DNA of 64,000 nt from Basidiobolus meristosporus CBS 931.73. Lineage: Eukaryota > Fungi > Basidiobolomycota. The position numbers and the translations under genes are program-made. Location of the stretch: NCBI GenBank assembly GCA_002104905.1, contig MCFE01000009.1, forward strand, positions 1-64,000. Reading direction: 5' to 3'. Below are positions 22,774-36,062 of this stretch, piece by piece. The notes under the pieces are model-generated. The model worked only from the letters and a program-made list of their open reading frames with translations. It was not told where the DNA came from and ran no database searches. How positions within the stretch are numbered: the first letter of the stretch is position 1; each line of letters starts with the position of its first letter.

Positions 22774-24178
22774 ATGCAAGGAAACATACTGGATAGCTCG
22801 AAGGTCGACTTCAAATCTCTGAAGGTTCGAGAGATCCGAGGACACAAGGACAAGGTCCATACAGTCAGCTGGAATTGTGATGGTAGACGGTTGGCCTCTG
22901 GCTCGGTAGATCGCACCGCGCGCATATGGAATCCGGAACGTTCGGTATGGAATTTCAGTAGCACCCAACCCTTTCAGCCCGTAGACATGTTTCAGACAAT
23001 GGTAACCGAAACGCGGTTTTCACTTATTTTAGACCGATTCCCGATACTCTGTGGAGCTTCGTGGACACACCAACAGTGTAGACCAGCTATGCTGGGATCC
23101 AACACATCCCGATCGTTTGGCCACGGCGTCCATCGACAAGACAGTTCGGATCTGGGATGCTAGAGGTAGGGGCTGACCAAGGCTTTTCCAGAGAACCGCC
23201 GGCTGAATGTTCTTTTATAGCTGGGAAATGCACACATATCATTCAGACATCTGGCGAGAATATCAACATCTGCTGGAGTCCTGACGGAAAGTACATCGCC
23301 GTTGGCAACAAAGTAATTTCCATCCACTAGCCAGACTGGCCTTGGCGATGTTCACTCAACAGACCAATTTTGCCTTGGATAGGATGATCTCATTAGTTTC
23401 ATCGACACCAAACAGTTCAAGATCGAAAAGACTTCAAAACACGATGTGGAAGTATGTCCTCCTCCCCTTGACTTGACCAGGAGGCGAAATGCTAACGTTT
23501 CTTTACCAGGTGAATGAGATTGCCTGGGATCACAGCGGGGACTACTTCTTCCTGACCACCGGCCAAGGGCACGTGAAAATCCTCGAGTTCCCTACATTGA
23601 AGCCATTACATACCCTGGACGCACAAACAGCAAATTGCTACTGCCTGGAGTTTGATCCTATGGGAAGGTAACTGATGTGAAGCTTCGTGCTTGCACCAAC
23701 CGATACTACAACGATCTTGACTGTAGGTATCTAGCTGCTGGTGGTGCTGATGCCCTTGTAACTCTGTGGGACTTGGATGAGTTCGTTTGTGTTCGCTCGT
23801 TCGACAGTTTAGAGTAAGTTGGGGAATAACCTCCCCCCACAATCGATCTGTTGACCAAGGATTAACCATCCTCTTTAGCTGGCCGGTCCGTACGATTAGT
23901 TTCAGCTACGACGGGCAGTATTTAGCCTCTGCATCGGAAGATCTGGTGATAGATGTGGTAAGACTAGCTATGGTTTTTGGCGACCCGAGCGCCATCAATA
24001 ACGTGATTTACAGTCTGATGTAGAAAGTGGCGAGTCCGTCCACAAGATCCCATGCAACGCCGCCACCAACACCATCGCTTGGCACCCATCCAAATACTAC
24101 CTAGCGTTCGCCGGAGACGAGCTGGACCCCAGAGATGGCAAGGCCGCGGGGAATCTGCGCGTATTTGGGTTATATTAA
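22774..24178 (+). CDS. TEX1: THO complex subunit 3 (TEX1/THOC3), WD40 protein, multi-exon
   Basis: GHKDKVHTVSWNCDGRRLASGS, ELRGHTNSVDQLCWDP, AQTANCYCLEFDPMGR|YLAAGGADALVTLWD and WPVRTISFSYDGQYLASASED. Confidence 0.93.
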
Positions 24179-24442
24179 GCACGTGGCAAATCCACCTAGA
24201 TCCACTAATAAACAACCCGCAAATTAAACTGAACCTTTTTGCTTTAATGAAGAAAAATTCGGGAAGAAACTATGGATATACATTCTATTATCAGTTGCCG
24301 CGCTGTTCGCCATTTCTCTAATTTCGATGGATTATTTTGCGTAGATGACAAGTGGTTGATGAAAGGTGGACACCAAACAGAAGGCTGAAATGGTTTGAGA
24401 GCTCAGGCGTGACAAGAAAATTAAGAAAAATTCGCTGAGTAT

Positions 24443-26871
24443 TTATGTGAAGAGACGAAGGGTGGAATCGGCTCCACTAGAGAAGATCCAGGGCTGGGTG
24501 GGATGGAACTCGCAGTCCAGAACTCCCAGGTGGTCAACAACCTCATGTCCTCGGAGGATCTTCACAGGGACGACAAGTGGATTCTGTAGGAGATCGTTGT
24601 ACACCATTCCGTGGAAGATTTGAATGGTGCCGTCATCCGAGGAAGAGGCGAACAACGGGTAGCGCTTGTGGTAAGCAACTGAACGAAGTGCCTTGGTATG
24701 GTAACGAAGTGTTTTGTAAGGTTTGGAAGAGAGGTCGAGATCGAACCAACAGAGACGCTTGTCGTAACTTCCCATGATGACGTTGTCTCCCTGAGGGTGA
24801 ATGTCCAAGCTGGAGATCCACTTGACACCAGGTTGTAGAGTCTTGGCCAACTCCTGCTTCATCAGGTTATAAATACGGATGTAGCGCTGGGTGGCGACGA
24901 AGAACAAAGGCTTGGTAGGATGGAAGGTCACGCTTTGAACCTGACCCTTGGTCTTGCGGAATGGTGCTTGGGATTGATGCTTGGACACTTGGTGGATCAA
25001 GATAGATGTAGAGTCATCAGGGCAGACCGTGGCCATGTAGTCACCCTTCTTGTGCCATTTAACTTCCTTCACATCCTTCTTGAAGGTAAGGATGAGTTGA
25101 ACGTCATCCTCGCCCTTGGTCCACTGGACATGCTTCTTGGTCTGCTCTCCTTCGGATCCCTTCTTAGCCTGGAATCCAGACTGTAGGAACTGCTCTGTCA
25201 AGAGTTGGCATTCTGAATCAAACACCTTCTTGGCAGCAATGAGATGGACCTTGTTTGCGGTGGCAACCGCAAAGAAGCAGAGATCACGGTTAGGATTCCA
25301 CGAAACAGAGGTAATAATCTCGTCAAAGGCCCAGGTCTGAATGCAGCGACCAGTCGACACTTCCCAGAGTTTGACGGTTTTGTCATCGGAGCCGGAGACG
25401 ACCCATAGACCGCTGGGATCGACAGAGAAGCTTCTGATACGTCCCTCATGTCCCTTGTAGGTAATAGAGAGGGTAGTTGGGAAGGGTTGAAGATCCTTGG
25501 GGCTGGGGAGCTTAGGAATCAATGACTCGGGATCAATGTTGAGGCGGTTTTTGCGAACACGGGGGCAGAGATAGAGATCGAGATTACGCTGGAATCTCTC
25601 TTGCATGAATCTACTATAACCAGGGACCTCACGCAAGCTGTTGTATTTCTTGGGAAGGTAGTTGCGAGCACGCTCCTCAGGCTCCATATTCTCCCATTCC
25701 TCGATTTCCTCAGGTGTAGGTAGGTACTCTTCGGGGGGATTGTAGGATTCGCTGTTGTCAGGAAGCTTCATCTTGGGTGCAGGGATATGCATGGGATGAT
25801 CATCACGAGGCTGGTCATCATCATTCCACAGGTTGTAGAATCTAGGCTTCTCAACTTGGGTTTTCTTGGGAAGGATACGGCCCTCCCTGATGGCGCGAAC
25901 GATCTTCATGATGCGCTTGTGCTCCCACTTGGAAGGAATGAATCTACTCTTAGGCTCAGGTGCATTGTTGACAGGATGAATGCTAGTCTTGCTGGTGAAG
26001 AAATCAGTCCAAGGCTCATAGGGATCGTAGTCGGCATCGGGAATACGACCTTCTTGAAGGCGTCTGATGATATCAAGCTCTTGATCGGTAAGCACCACAT
26101 CTTGTTGATGAAGCTTATCTTCCACCGAACGCCAGTTATCAGGATCATCCATTTTAGCCAAGAAGGAATCGAGCTCGTCTCCTTTGGCGGGCCTCATGAT
26201 CTTTTTACCATCGAGATCGTAACCAATATGAGGGTAATCGTCATACCACTCCATAGGGATGTTTCCAACGGTATTGCCGGTCTAAATCGTAACTGTAAGT
26301 ACCATGAACATTGGGGGGAGCACGTGCTGGTGTGCGCCATACCTCTTCGGTGGAGGAGTCACTGTCATAATCTGCCTCAATGTGTGGAAGAAGCTTACGG
26401 CGTCCCTCATGGTCTACAGGGCGCCAGTCTTGAATCTCCTTTGGCTCCTCAGTTCCATCGCTATTGCAAAAGGTGAGTATCAAGAAATACAGAGTTTTCA
26501 AGAAAAGCGAGCTACCTATCCCCGAAATCATAATCTTCGGCATCTTCTTCCTCCTCCTCCAAATCCTCATCCTCGTCGACGCTATCGCCAGCAACGTAAT
26601 CATCGCTGGATTCGCCCTCGCCCTCCTCCTCCTCTTCTTCTTCCTCTTCGCTCTGCGAATTGTATTCGGGGAAAGGCTCGGGCTCTTCGTCAGATTCTAA
26701 GTCGCCCTCGACCTCGTCATCAGAGGCCATATCAATGGACACGTTTTCGAAGTCCTCCTCACTCTCCGATTCCGGCTCGGCTTGCTTTCTTTTGATGGGC
26801 TTGGCAGGGGCCTTTTTCACTGGGGCCTGGGTGAAGGCTTTCTTCTTAACCATTTTGCTTGGTCTCACCAT
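24443..26871 (-). CDS. ERB1: Ribosome biogenesis protein Erb1/BOP1 (PeBoW), 3 exons
   Basis: Acidic N-terminus, YDSDSSTEE, WYDDYPHIGYDLDGKKI, RFIPSKWE, DLYLCPR, then WD40 repeats ending HPTQPWIFSSGADSTLRLFT. Confidence 0.96.
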
Positions 26872-27315
26872 GCTTTCAACTAGAAAATAGACTAGGGGTA
26901 AGGTGGAACAACACTATGCTAAAGAATAGTGGAGGGAATGTTGGTTGGTCTACACAAAAAAAAACTGATTAATTGCCAGCAAATCCCGCATAAAACCCAC
27001 GAAATTTTTTTTCTTTTTTTTCTATCCTGGTGCGTTAGATAGCACCGACCATCGCACCGCTGGATCGGTGGAAAAAAAGAATTCGCGCTACTGATCAAGC
27101 TACCATGCACAACCCGACGCAGATTCATCGCTAGAGCCTTCCACACTTTTTTATTGAGATTTTCTACAGATTAAACGCATATATGCTCAAGAAGAACGCA
27201 CCAATAAGATGAAAGAAAGATCGTTTAATATACAAAGGCCTTGCTAGTGGGCTACGGTGAAGGATGCCATCCTTCCGCCTGTAAGGGAATGTCTACAGTG
27301 GCCGGGTGCACGCTA

Positions 27316-28231
27316 CTACTGGCTGATGGCACCAAGATAATCCTCCTTGATGGTTCCGATGGCGAACTTCGAGGTTACAGTTAATAATGGTTGGGATGGG
27401 GATGACTGGGGACAGTACTTACGATTTCCGTGGCATCGATACGAGTGCCTACTATTTTCAGACGCACCAAACCACCCTTCTCAATGATCTTTGTTCAAAA
27501 CATCATGTTAATACCGTTGTCAGTGAAAAATCCGTAGGAGGGTTTGTACTTGATCTTCGGACTGGTAACAAGGCGGGTTCCCGTTGGGATCGAATTTCAT
27601 ATCGGCTGGAATAAGCTAGATGGAGCCAATAAACCATGAATGACCGAGGGATGTGGGGGAAGGTTGTGCGGTGGAAGGGTGCTTACATGGCTGGATACGA
27701 ACACTTGTAGCGGCCCAGCGTCAGCAAAGAAACCCATCTACGTATGCAAATCAGTATGTGCTGGAATAGTGCCACCCGGAAGGATCCCACCTTATTGACA
27801 GTTGAAACAACCGCGTCCACAACCTCTCCTTTGAAAGGTTTGAATACGATTGCGGTGTATTTCACGTTGAACTCTGCCAGGCCGAACCCTGGCAGGAGTT
27901 TACCCTTACCAATGGTGATGATGTTCACCACGGTAATGATATATCCGAAACGACCGGAACAGGTTCCCTCCACATCCGAATGTAACTTATCCTTCAAGAA
28001 GCTGTGCATGTGTGGTCCGAAGTATGAGGGATGGAGGTGGATCGTGTGTGATAGCTCTTTCTAATGGCGATTCGGGTTGTGTCAGATGATTTGGTGTGTA
28101 GTAGAGCCAAGATCAACGAAAAGGTCGGCGTGAGTCACATGTGGGTAAGAAGCAAGCAGAATCAGTGAATATGTATTCCCATTAATACCCCAGCTTGACT
28201 AGACTAAACTGTACACTACCAGGAAAAACAT
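27316..28231 (-). CDS. RPB7: RNA polymerase II subunit RPB7, multi-exon
   Basis: Spliced MFFL|[16 protein letters not shown]...[13 protein letters not shown]...[14 protein letters not shown]...[14 protein letters not shown]|[12 protein letters not shown]. Confidence 0.96.
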
Positions 28232-29160
28232 GGTTAGCTTGCTCTACGGTCGGTTCGAATGGCGTGAAGAAATGGCAAACTAGCTGGTGTATTTGGTTCG
28301 GTCGGGGTGGAATGAGCCAAGTCCGTTCGAAAATAGGAAGCCAAACGCCCCGTAGTCATAATAAGATTTTTCATGTGAGAGGTACGCGTTAACGTGTGAT
28401 GAAAAAAATGCCATCTTAATTTGATCTGTAGGAACCTTTATTGATACTTAAATTGGGCTGGCCTATCCCGGAATACTCTGGTCTACCCATTGCGCCAGGA
28501 TTTCCCCCACCCATAACCCGAATAAACTAACTACACTTTTCTGTACATTTTCAATTGATTTGTTTTGTAAAGATGTCCGTTCGGTCGGAACCCACATTTC
28601 ATACGACAAGTCGTCGTACCAGCATAAGCCGAAGAACACCGACACGACTCATCCGCGGCCTCAACTCTTTACTTTGCAACCACTCCGCTGGCGAGAATCG
28701 AAAACCGATCCTCTGTAGAAGAGTATGCCACAAGGCGCCAAGCCAAGAATCACGAACTCCTCATGGAGCGATTCATTCGGCGAACCGGCACGAAAATGAT
28801 GGGAGATCACTTCCTCGCAAACGGGTCACGTCCTATAGCACATTAATGACTCAAGCCTCAAAAATCACCAGCCACTAGAAGCTGGTAGGGTCTGCTTGGA
28901 AAGAAACTTCCCAACTTCGCCTTAATGAGGGATCTAAGGAATGCGCATGATATGGGCACCCATCCGACCCTTCCTCTTAAATACTGAGCCCGACTTTTTT
29001 TCATCTTATGGGTTCCACTAGGGCCGGCGGATTTACATGGGTCTGGTGAAGATTGATTTATTTCTATGTAACTGAGCTGGTAAATTAGACGAATAAAAAG
29101 GTGGTGGTGAAGAGGTTCGGTTTGGGCATGCCCGGTTATACCCGATGGGCGTGATCTCCC

Positions 29161-31680
29161 TTATTTCTTGGATTTACCAAAGGTCATACTACGGTTGCCC
29201 GAGTTCTGGCGTGTGTTGGTCTTGGGCCCCTTCTTGAACTTCTTGCCTTGGTTTATGGAGGCATATGGGTTGAAGCCAGAGACCCCGCGAGTCTTACCTT
29301 GGTTCAGTACCTGCTGGAACTTGTGTGGGGCCACCTCGTCCACCTTGGGCTCCACTGCACTATAATCAAACGATTGGAACTCCCCTTGATCCTGCTCGGT
29401 GGTGTTACTTTGCTGGGTTGTTGGAGACTTGCGCTTCTTGTTCTGCTTCTTCTTCTTCTCGCCAGGTGTGCTTGGCCTCTTCATGATCTCCACGGGGACA
29501 TCGATCTCGTTATCTTCGTTGGGAAGCATCACGATGTCCTCGTTTTCGGCCGGACCGTTCTCCTCGACCTCCTTGGCTTTGTTGTCGCCCTCGCGGGTGC
29601 GCTTTTGGGAGAGCTCCGAGATCACCAACACTTCTGGCTCCTTCTTGGTCTCACGCTCCGGTGCCTCGACGTAGAGGTGAACGCCGGGTGGCTCCAGGGT
29701 GTTGTCATCCATCATTTGAGGCACCTCTACGGTGAGCTGTAGGGTGGAGTGGATCGTTTTGGCTAGCTTCTGGTTGTTTCTTTCCATCTCCGATTCTGGC
29801 CCGGGCATCTCCTCAAACAAGGCCGAGGTGGTGGCCAAGTAGGGGGTGGCATCCACTAGCTCCAAAGGTGGTACACTGACCTCGGCTCTGGACACTGGGA
29901 CGGTTTGGTCTTTCGTGGTGCTCGTGCTCACCTGATCATTGGCCTCCATTGCGTTGTCGGTGTCAGGGAAGCGGGTGTGGGTCGGTGCTGCCTTGGGGGC
30001 AGTTTCCTTGGCCATGTTCTTGGCCATCTCTCCCTCGGCAGTGGCTTTGGTTCGGGATATCAAGAGACCCAGATCGGAGGCGAACAATCTGATGATGGGG
30101 GGAATCGGATTGCAGCATCCCAGAACACCAGGGGCATCGGTGGGCATGCGTTCGGAAAGCGCGAACAACATGTGATTCGGGAGAACATAGCGGGTGCTCT
30201 CATCCTCATCTCTGGCTGTCTGATCTCTCCACGCGTGCAGTGCTTTGAAGACTGCAAATTGGCGGTAGTCCATAGCACGGTTCCACTTGCTGTAGAGATT
30301 CTTCCACCCTCCTGGACCCTCGCCCGTCTCCGGGTTGTGGACCTCTTTCTCGTAGGTGCGCAGAGCGGTTTCCTTCGACCGGTCGAGTGTGGCATGCAAC
30401 AGGTTCAACGTGGTGGGATTGGATTTATCGATCAGTTCGTTGCGCATGCGGTCGTAAATGTAAAGCAGGTAGTGTGTATCGGTTCTGGCGTACTTCATCA
30501 TCTCAGTTGGCAGCGGGCGAATACGCCAGTCGGCAAGCTGGTACTTCTTGTCAGCATCGACATCTACGTAGTGCTTCAACAGGAATGCCAACGAGTGACT
30601 GGGGAACTCTAGCATCTTCGAGGCATGGAAGGTGTCGAAGAGATGAACCACGTAAAGTCCCAGATCACGTTGAAGCCACTGGATATCCATCTCTGCGCCG
30701 TGAAGTACCTTAATGACCGTTGGGTCGGTGAAAATCTTGTTGAGCACGTGGAGGGAGTTTCGCAACTCAATCGTATCAATGATGAAATCCTCATCTCGTG
30801 TGCTAAGCTGCATCAAACAAAGGAACCCTTGGAATGTTCGGTAGCTGTGGTGTTCTAAATCTACAGCAATCTCCTTGACACCTTCCAGCTTTAACATCAT
30901 CTGCTCCAGACCCTCCTCGGTGTCGACCCAGGTGGCACTTGTAGTATCAAAGGGAGTGTAGAGTTGCTCAGGCTTCCCCTCCAGGACATGTTCAGGGTAA
31001 GGCTGATGATTGAGCTCATACTCATAAGGGTGTGGAAGGCTCATGGTGACATCTCCATAACCCATGTTCTTCATGTGGTTGGCCAGGGCCTCGCTGACCT
31101 TGAGCTGTGTGAGACTGCTTGGGAGACCGTAGTCGAGAGGAACCAGAGCGTTGGGCTTCTCCTGAATCTTTCGAATCCATGGGGTGCTGGCAGAATTGTC
31201 GATCGTGTCTTTGAACTTGAGCTGGGGTCTCAAGATGTTTTGCGCGTGGATCAGATGATATTCAGCTTTGTCGTCGGTAGCCAATTTCGCTACGCTGGCC
31301 GCACTTTGGAAAGTGGCAGTAGAGAGACTGGCGTTCAGTTTTCCGGTGTGCTCGTCCAAGCAAACATCTGCCTTCTCAAGAAGATTGTCTACCACATCTA
31401 CCACACCATCGTATCTATCCTGGACATCGTCAAGGTCGTAGTAGGTGTCAGCGATGTCTCCACCGGCGTGTTTAAGTAGTTCATTGGACATACGAAGAAC
31501 CTTGCTGGAGCAGTTGTCGAGGGCAGTGGCCAAATCCAAGTCCAAGGACTTGTGAAACGAGAGATCTGAGGGAAGAACGCTGGCGGCTTTGGTGGCGCCT
31601 AGCAAGCTGCCGAAGAAGCTCTTCGAGAATTCCTCGAAATTGTCGGTAACTTTGGAGAAAGGAAGTTTTTCCTGGCTCAT
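29161..31680 (-). CDS. RRP6: Nuclear exosome 3'-5' exonuclease Rrp6 (EXOSC10)
   Basis: Single long ORF with PMC2NT region, DEDDy exonuclease (IAVDLEHH, LHGAEMD, YQLADWRIRPL, YARTDTHYL) and HRDC domain (RDEDESTRYVLPNHML). First ATG at 31680. Confidence 0.97.
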   Translation of the reverse strand: MSQEKLPFSKVTDNFEEFSKSFFGSLLGATKAASVLPSDLSFHKSLDLDLATALDNCSSKVLRMSNELLKHAGGDIADTYYDLDDVQDRYDGVVDVVDNLLEKADVCLDEHTGKLNASLSTATFQSAASVAKLATDDKAEYHLIHAQNILRPQLKFKDTIDNSASTPWIRKIQEKPNALVPLDYGLPSSLTQLKVSEALANHMKNMGYGDVTMSLPHPYEYELNHQPYPEHVLEGKPEQLYTPFDTTSATWVDTEEGLEQMMLKLEGVKEIAVDLEHHSYRTFQGFLCLMQLSTRDEDFIIDTIELRNSLHVLNKIFTDPTVIKVLHGAEMDIQWLQRDLGLYVVHLFDTFHASKMLEFPSHSLAFLLKHYVDVDADKKYQLADWRIRPLPTEMMKYARTDTHYLLYIYDRMRNELIDKSNPTTLNLLHATLDRSKETALRTYEKEVHNPETGEGPGGWKNLYSKWNRAMDYRQFAVFKALHAWRDQTARDEDESTRYVLPNHMLFALSERMPTDAPGVLGCCNPIPPIIRLFASDLGLLISRTKATAEGEMAKNMAKETAPKAAPTHTRFPDTDNAMEANDQVSTSTTKDQTVPVSRAEVSVPPLELVDATPYLATTSALFEEMPGPESEMERNNQKLAKTIHSTLQLTVEVPQMMDDNTLEPPGVHLYVEAPERETKKEPEVLVISELSQKRTREGDNKAKEVEENGPAENEDIVMLPNEDNEIDVPVEIMKRPSTPGEKKKKQNKKRKSPTTQQSNTTEQDQGEFQSFDYSAVEPKVDEVAPHKFQQVLNQGKTRGVSGFNPYASINQGKKFKKGPKTNTRQNSGNRSMTFGKSKK

Positions 31681-33766
31681 GGTTGACTGTGAAAGATAGA
31701 AAAAACCCAAAGTATCAAGGAGTAACTACAACACACCGTACGTGATTAACTGGATATATGTATGTATATATAGGCTATTATACAAAGTAGTAAACACGAG
31801 AGGAATGTCGTCTAACTACTAAGCGAGGTAATTCCTTGCCCGTGTATGGTGGTGAAATCCACCCTCTCTAGGAAAAAAAAATAAAAAAATTTCCTACTTT
31901 CGGATAATTTAGCTGGCGACAATCCGATCATTTTTCCCATGGTCACGATACTAGGTGTGAATAGGCTTGCAAAGAATTGGGTGAATTTAAACTTGGTTTG
32001 TTCCTACTTGTCACGACCAACGTCACAACCTTTCCATGACTTTTTGGAAACGGCGCTTAGCACAAGTTTACTTTGATTTTGACCTTCCTGCTTCTGATTT
32101 CTGACCATGCTGAGAGCTCAAGTTGAGTCATACTAGAGGAGCAATTGCTGGCTCAATAGGTGCACGAATATAGGATGATGTCTCGTGAATGCTTACTCAT
32201 CCAGGAGACCTTTTCAGGTCAAGAGGCCGCACACACCTTTGTGTAGAGTTCAATGTACCACACCTATCGACGATAAGTCATGTGACCACTGGCATTCATC
32301 GTCGGAGAGTGCCATTCGATAGGATTCCTCTTCATATTTTAAACTGATGTTTGGAAACTCCAGCATGGAAAATATGGTGACCGTGAGTCATTGCTAAATT
32401 AAGTTATTTAACTTGGGGTTCACCATTGACCAACCCAGACACCGAAGTATCTGACGAAACATGCAATACAGGAATGCATAACGATGATCATACAAAACCT
32501 AGTTATTCACAAACAAGACGCTACGCACTAACGAGGTCCGCCAAGAACTAAGAGTGGAGATCATCAACTTGAGTAACTGCTATACAGTAGCTATTGGTTC
32601 TTCAAATACCCTGGTCCGTAGCGTGGTTGAATATAGTACAGTTAACCAGGAGAAATCCCAGGAAAGCAGGCATTTCTATACCAAGAAGATATAATGGGCA
32701 TTTCTTTTGCCACCTACTTTAAGAGACGCGGGATAATGTTTCTGTCTTTACAAAATCCATATTACTAGTCCTCAGCAATGTCATGAATTGATTTAGGCAA
32801 TTCGAAGGCAACATGTACCCAAGCCTAGAACCTGATTAGGTGTTACAAATAACGGACACAGGTGGTGGCTCTTCTGCAAGCAGCTTGACCGTTATGTGCT
32901 TATGCCCATCGGAAGGGGGGGGGTGGTCCAGAATGAGCATGTGGAGCCGGGAGCGAGGTTTACCCAGATGACATGTGGCGGATCCGACCAAATCATCCCA
33001 GTACTTGGGCAAGCCACCTGCAAGCATCAGTGATGAACCTCGGCTAGAATCCATCAACCATCCGAATACTAGTTGGCTAGCAAAACCTGATTATATATAT
33101 GTGCCGAAATATCACAAACATGTCCTATGAGGGAGGAGGACTGCCTGAAAGCTAAAGAGTGAATGAAAATCGGTTCAATCTACATGACAAAAAACTGCTA
33201 ACCACATGCATTCCGTAAACGATTATGCTGCTTCGTCACCATTATCATGTCAAAAGGCCCATGCATTTGATGCTCTCCAAGCAGTAGGTTCGGGAAGAGG
33301 GTACTCCACATGTTCCAGAATAAGTCGATATATAACATGAGAGTAGTGATAAGAAGACAACCAAGCAAGCATTGTTCCAGTTGTCCTTACTACTCGACAG
33401 AAGTCTACCAGCGATGAAAATGATGGCTTTTCTAAAGTCCTAAATCTGGTTTGATTGGCTATGGATCTGGGCCGAATTTACGATAATTTTGGAAGCCATA
33501 ACTCAAACTTCGAGTGCCCTAGGTTGTCATGCGTCATTAGGGACGATCATCTGAACACTTCAGTCTCCATTTGGGTCACTCTGAGTGATATGTGAAAATA
33601 GAATAAAGCCTATTCAATACGTATGCTAGATTGTTCTCCATAATGGGTGACCAATTAACCGACCATCGTGACGCTTTTCTGTCATTTGATTCTGGTGCCA
33701 ATTTTATATAGCTGGCAATAGCTTTCGGAGCCCATAAACCCATCCCTTTGTTTCAGCAAGTTAATC

Positions 33767-36062
33767 ATGGAAAGTAAAAGGTCGCAAACCAGGCGCGCAA
33801 GTACGGAAAGAAGAGTCAGTACCGACAATGGAAAGATACTGTCTCCCTCAAGGTACAAGGACCAATACAAAGCCACCACCCTTTCAAAGTCTTCGGCCGC
33901 TGCGAGGGCTAAAAGAATAGCCCAGGATTCTCAATCAAGAAAGTTGCGACGAGAGCAGCTGGTCATGGGAAAGCGATTTCGCCATCGAGAGGACACTCCT
34001 TTGAGCGATCGTGGTGGTACTTGACATTTCTGAGGATGGGCATCTTTGAATATGTTCTTATGCAACTTCAATATGTAGAGGTTGAGTATGACTTGACAAC
34101 GAAGGAGCTTGAGAAGCTTCGTGAAAAACTCAACGTACTTGGCTTTTCTTTTTTACCAAGTCAATCTGGCGGTTTCTTACTTGGTTTTTTCACAGAGTTC
34201 GGTCCATGAAACTCGCGTGGAGGCGCTCAAGGAGCTTAGCAATTTTCTTGTGGAGCCCTCTGAGCCTTTGAATGACTTTATTTTGGAAGGAGGTGCCGTT
34301 GAATTGCTAGAGGTTATTCAATTTGAAGCCCTGTGACTAGCCAACAAACATTTCTAACCTAGTGTAAACTTGTTAGAAATTTCTGGCTGGTACTGACTTC
34401 GACGAGAGACTTCAAGCTACCTGGTGCATCACAAGTAACGGCAAAACGATCCGCTTGTCTAGTTTCAACTACCATCTGACCACCTAAACCTACGTCGATG
34501 TAGATATTGCTGCTGGTACCCCCGAGCTGTGTGCAAAGGTGCTCTCTACTGTCCCGTATTTGATCTCCTTTCTCGAGGAACCCAACATCGTATGTCATTC
34601 TTTACTTATGCTTCTGGATGATATACCGATGGGACATCAGCTCACAGCCAATCTGAAAAGCAATTACAAGAACAGACCGCTTGGGCTCTTGGTAACATAG
34701 CCGTGGAGGGAGAAGAATTCCGCAAGAGACTGGCTGCCAATGGCGCCATAACACCATTAGTCAAGTTGTTGAGATCAGATGTTCGTGCGGTCGCCTTTGC
34801 TATAGTGCATGGACTCCTACTCACTTTGTCACCATTTGCAGAACCCTGAATTGGTGCAGACCGTTTGCTTTGCTCTCTCAAGCCTGGCACGTAACCACAC
34901 TCATTTCGAGGAATTTTTCAAAGCTGGGGTCTCCGAGTTACTTTTGCAGCACTTGAAAAATGACAAAGTAAATGTCTACGAAGCCTTTGGACTAGCAAGA
35001 GTTAACTGACACCGTATGTCTTGATCAGGTACCCAGCGAGGTGTCGGAAATCACCTGGGTCTTGGCTTATCTAACCTCCGGGAAGGAGGAGTACAGTACC
35101 ACACTGCTCAACGATGGCCTTGCTCCGCTATTGGTAACAAGCTGTGAGATTCAAGACATCTAGTCTGATACTGACCTGGCGTGCCCCCTAGGTCAAACAT
35201 ATGCCGGTCATGGCTGACAAAGGCTCTCTGGCCATTCCCATCATTCGGACCATTGGGAATATCGCTAGCTGCAGTGATTGGCACGCAGACAGCTTAATAC
35301 AACAGCCCGGGTTCCTTGCCAACCTGGTCCCATACATCAATTCCGAACTACGGTCAGAATGAGAATCTGTGCCCACATCCACCTCAGAACTAGTACTAAA
35401 CCAATGCCAATCCCCAGGGCCTTGAAAAAGGAAAGCCTATGGGTTCTGTCGAATCTTACCGCAGGGTAAGTCGCGTCAGTCCTTTGTTGAGTCGATGAAT
35501 TCGTTTTCTCACCCACTCCTTGGGCTGTAGAACCCTTGAACACGTCACGCGGGTACTGGATGCTGGAATATTACCGTGCTTGGTGGAGATCGCCACCCAC
35601 AGCAACTTCGACATCCGCAAAGAGGTTGGTTCCGAAGTGAGTTCAGTGTGCAGCCGAATACTAACGCCAGTGGGCTACAAAAGGCGGCCTACAGTATCTT
35701 AAATATCGCGTCTCACGGGCAAAAGCTCTTACAACAACTTCCATATGACGATCTTTTACCAAGTAACCCACACCAGTAACCTCTCCTACGCTGAACAAGC
35801 ACCAACTAATGCCCCTCCGTCCCTTGCAGAATTCCTGGACTTCGTCAAGACCCAAGACCCAGAAACCATCCGACTTGGCCTGCACTACGTCGACCTCGTG
35901 CTACAAGAAACGCCAAGAGGAAAAGAGCTCCTCGACCAGCTGCAAGGTATTGACGCGCTTGAGTCGGTCTCCTTGATAGAAGACCCGGAGCTGAAGTACC
36001 AAGCCGGCCTGCTGATGGATAAGTACTACGGGGAGACGGCCGAAATGACCAGCACATGCTAA
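33767..36062 (+). CDS. Divergent importin-alpha-like ARM protein (IMPA9/TMCO6-like), multi-exon
   Basis: Degenerate IBB RKLRREQLVMGKRF. ARM repeats QATWCIT|NIAAGT, QTAWALGNIAVEG, IRTIGNIAS and KESLWVLSNLTAG. Confidence 0.85.

Noticed and set aside
25787-30612. Long antisense ORFs (e.g. 25787-26476, 29905-30612, also 9930-10562 and 36365-36784)
   Set aside because: They are shadows of well-supported genes on the opposite strand with biased codon usage.
32836-33057. Copia gag fragment (LPKYWDDLV)
   Set aside because: A single short motif with no flanking gag similarity or LTR.
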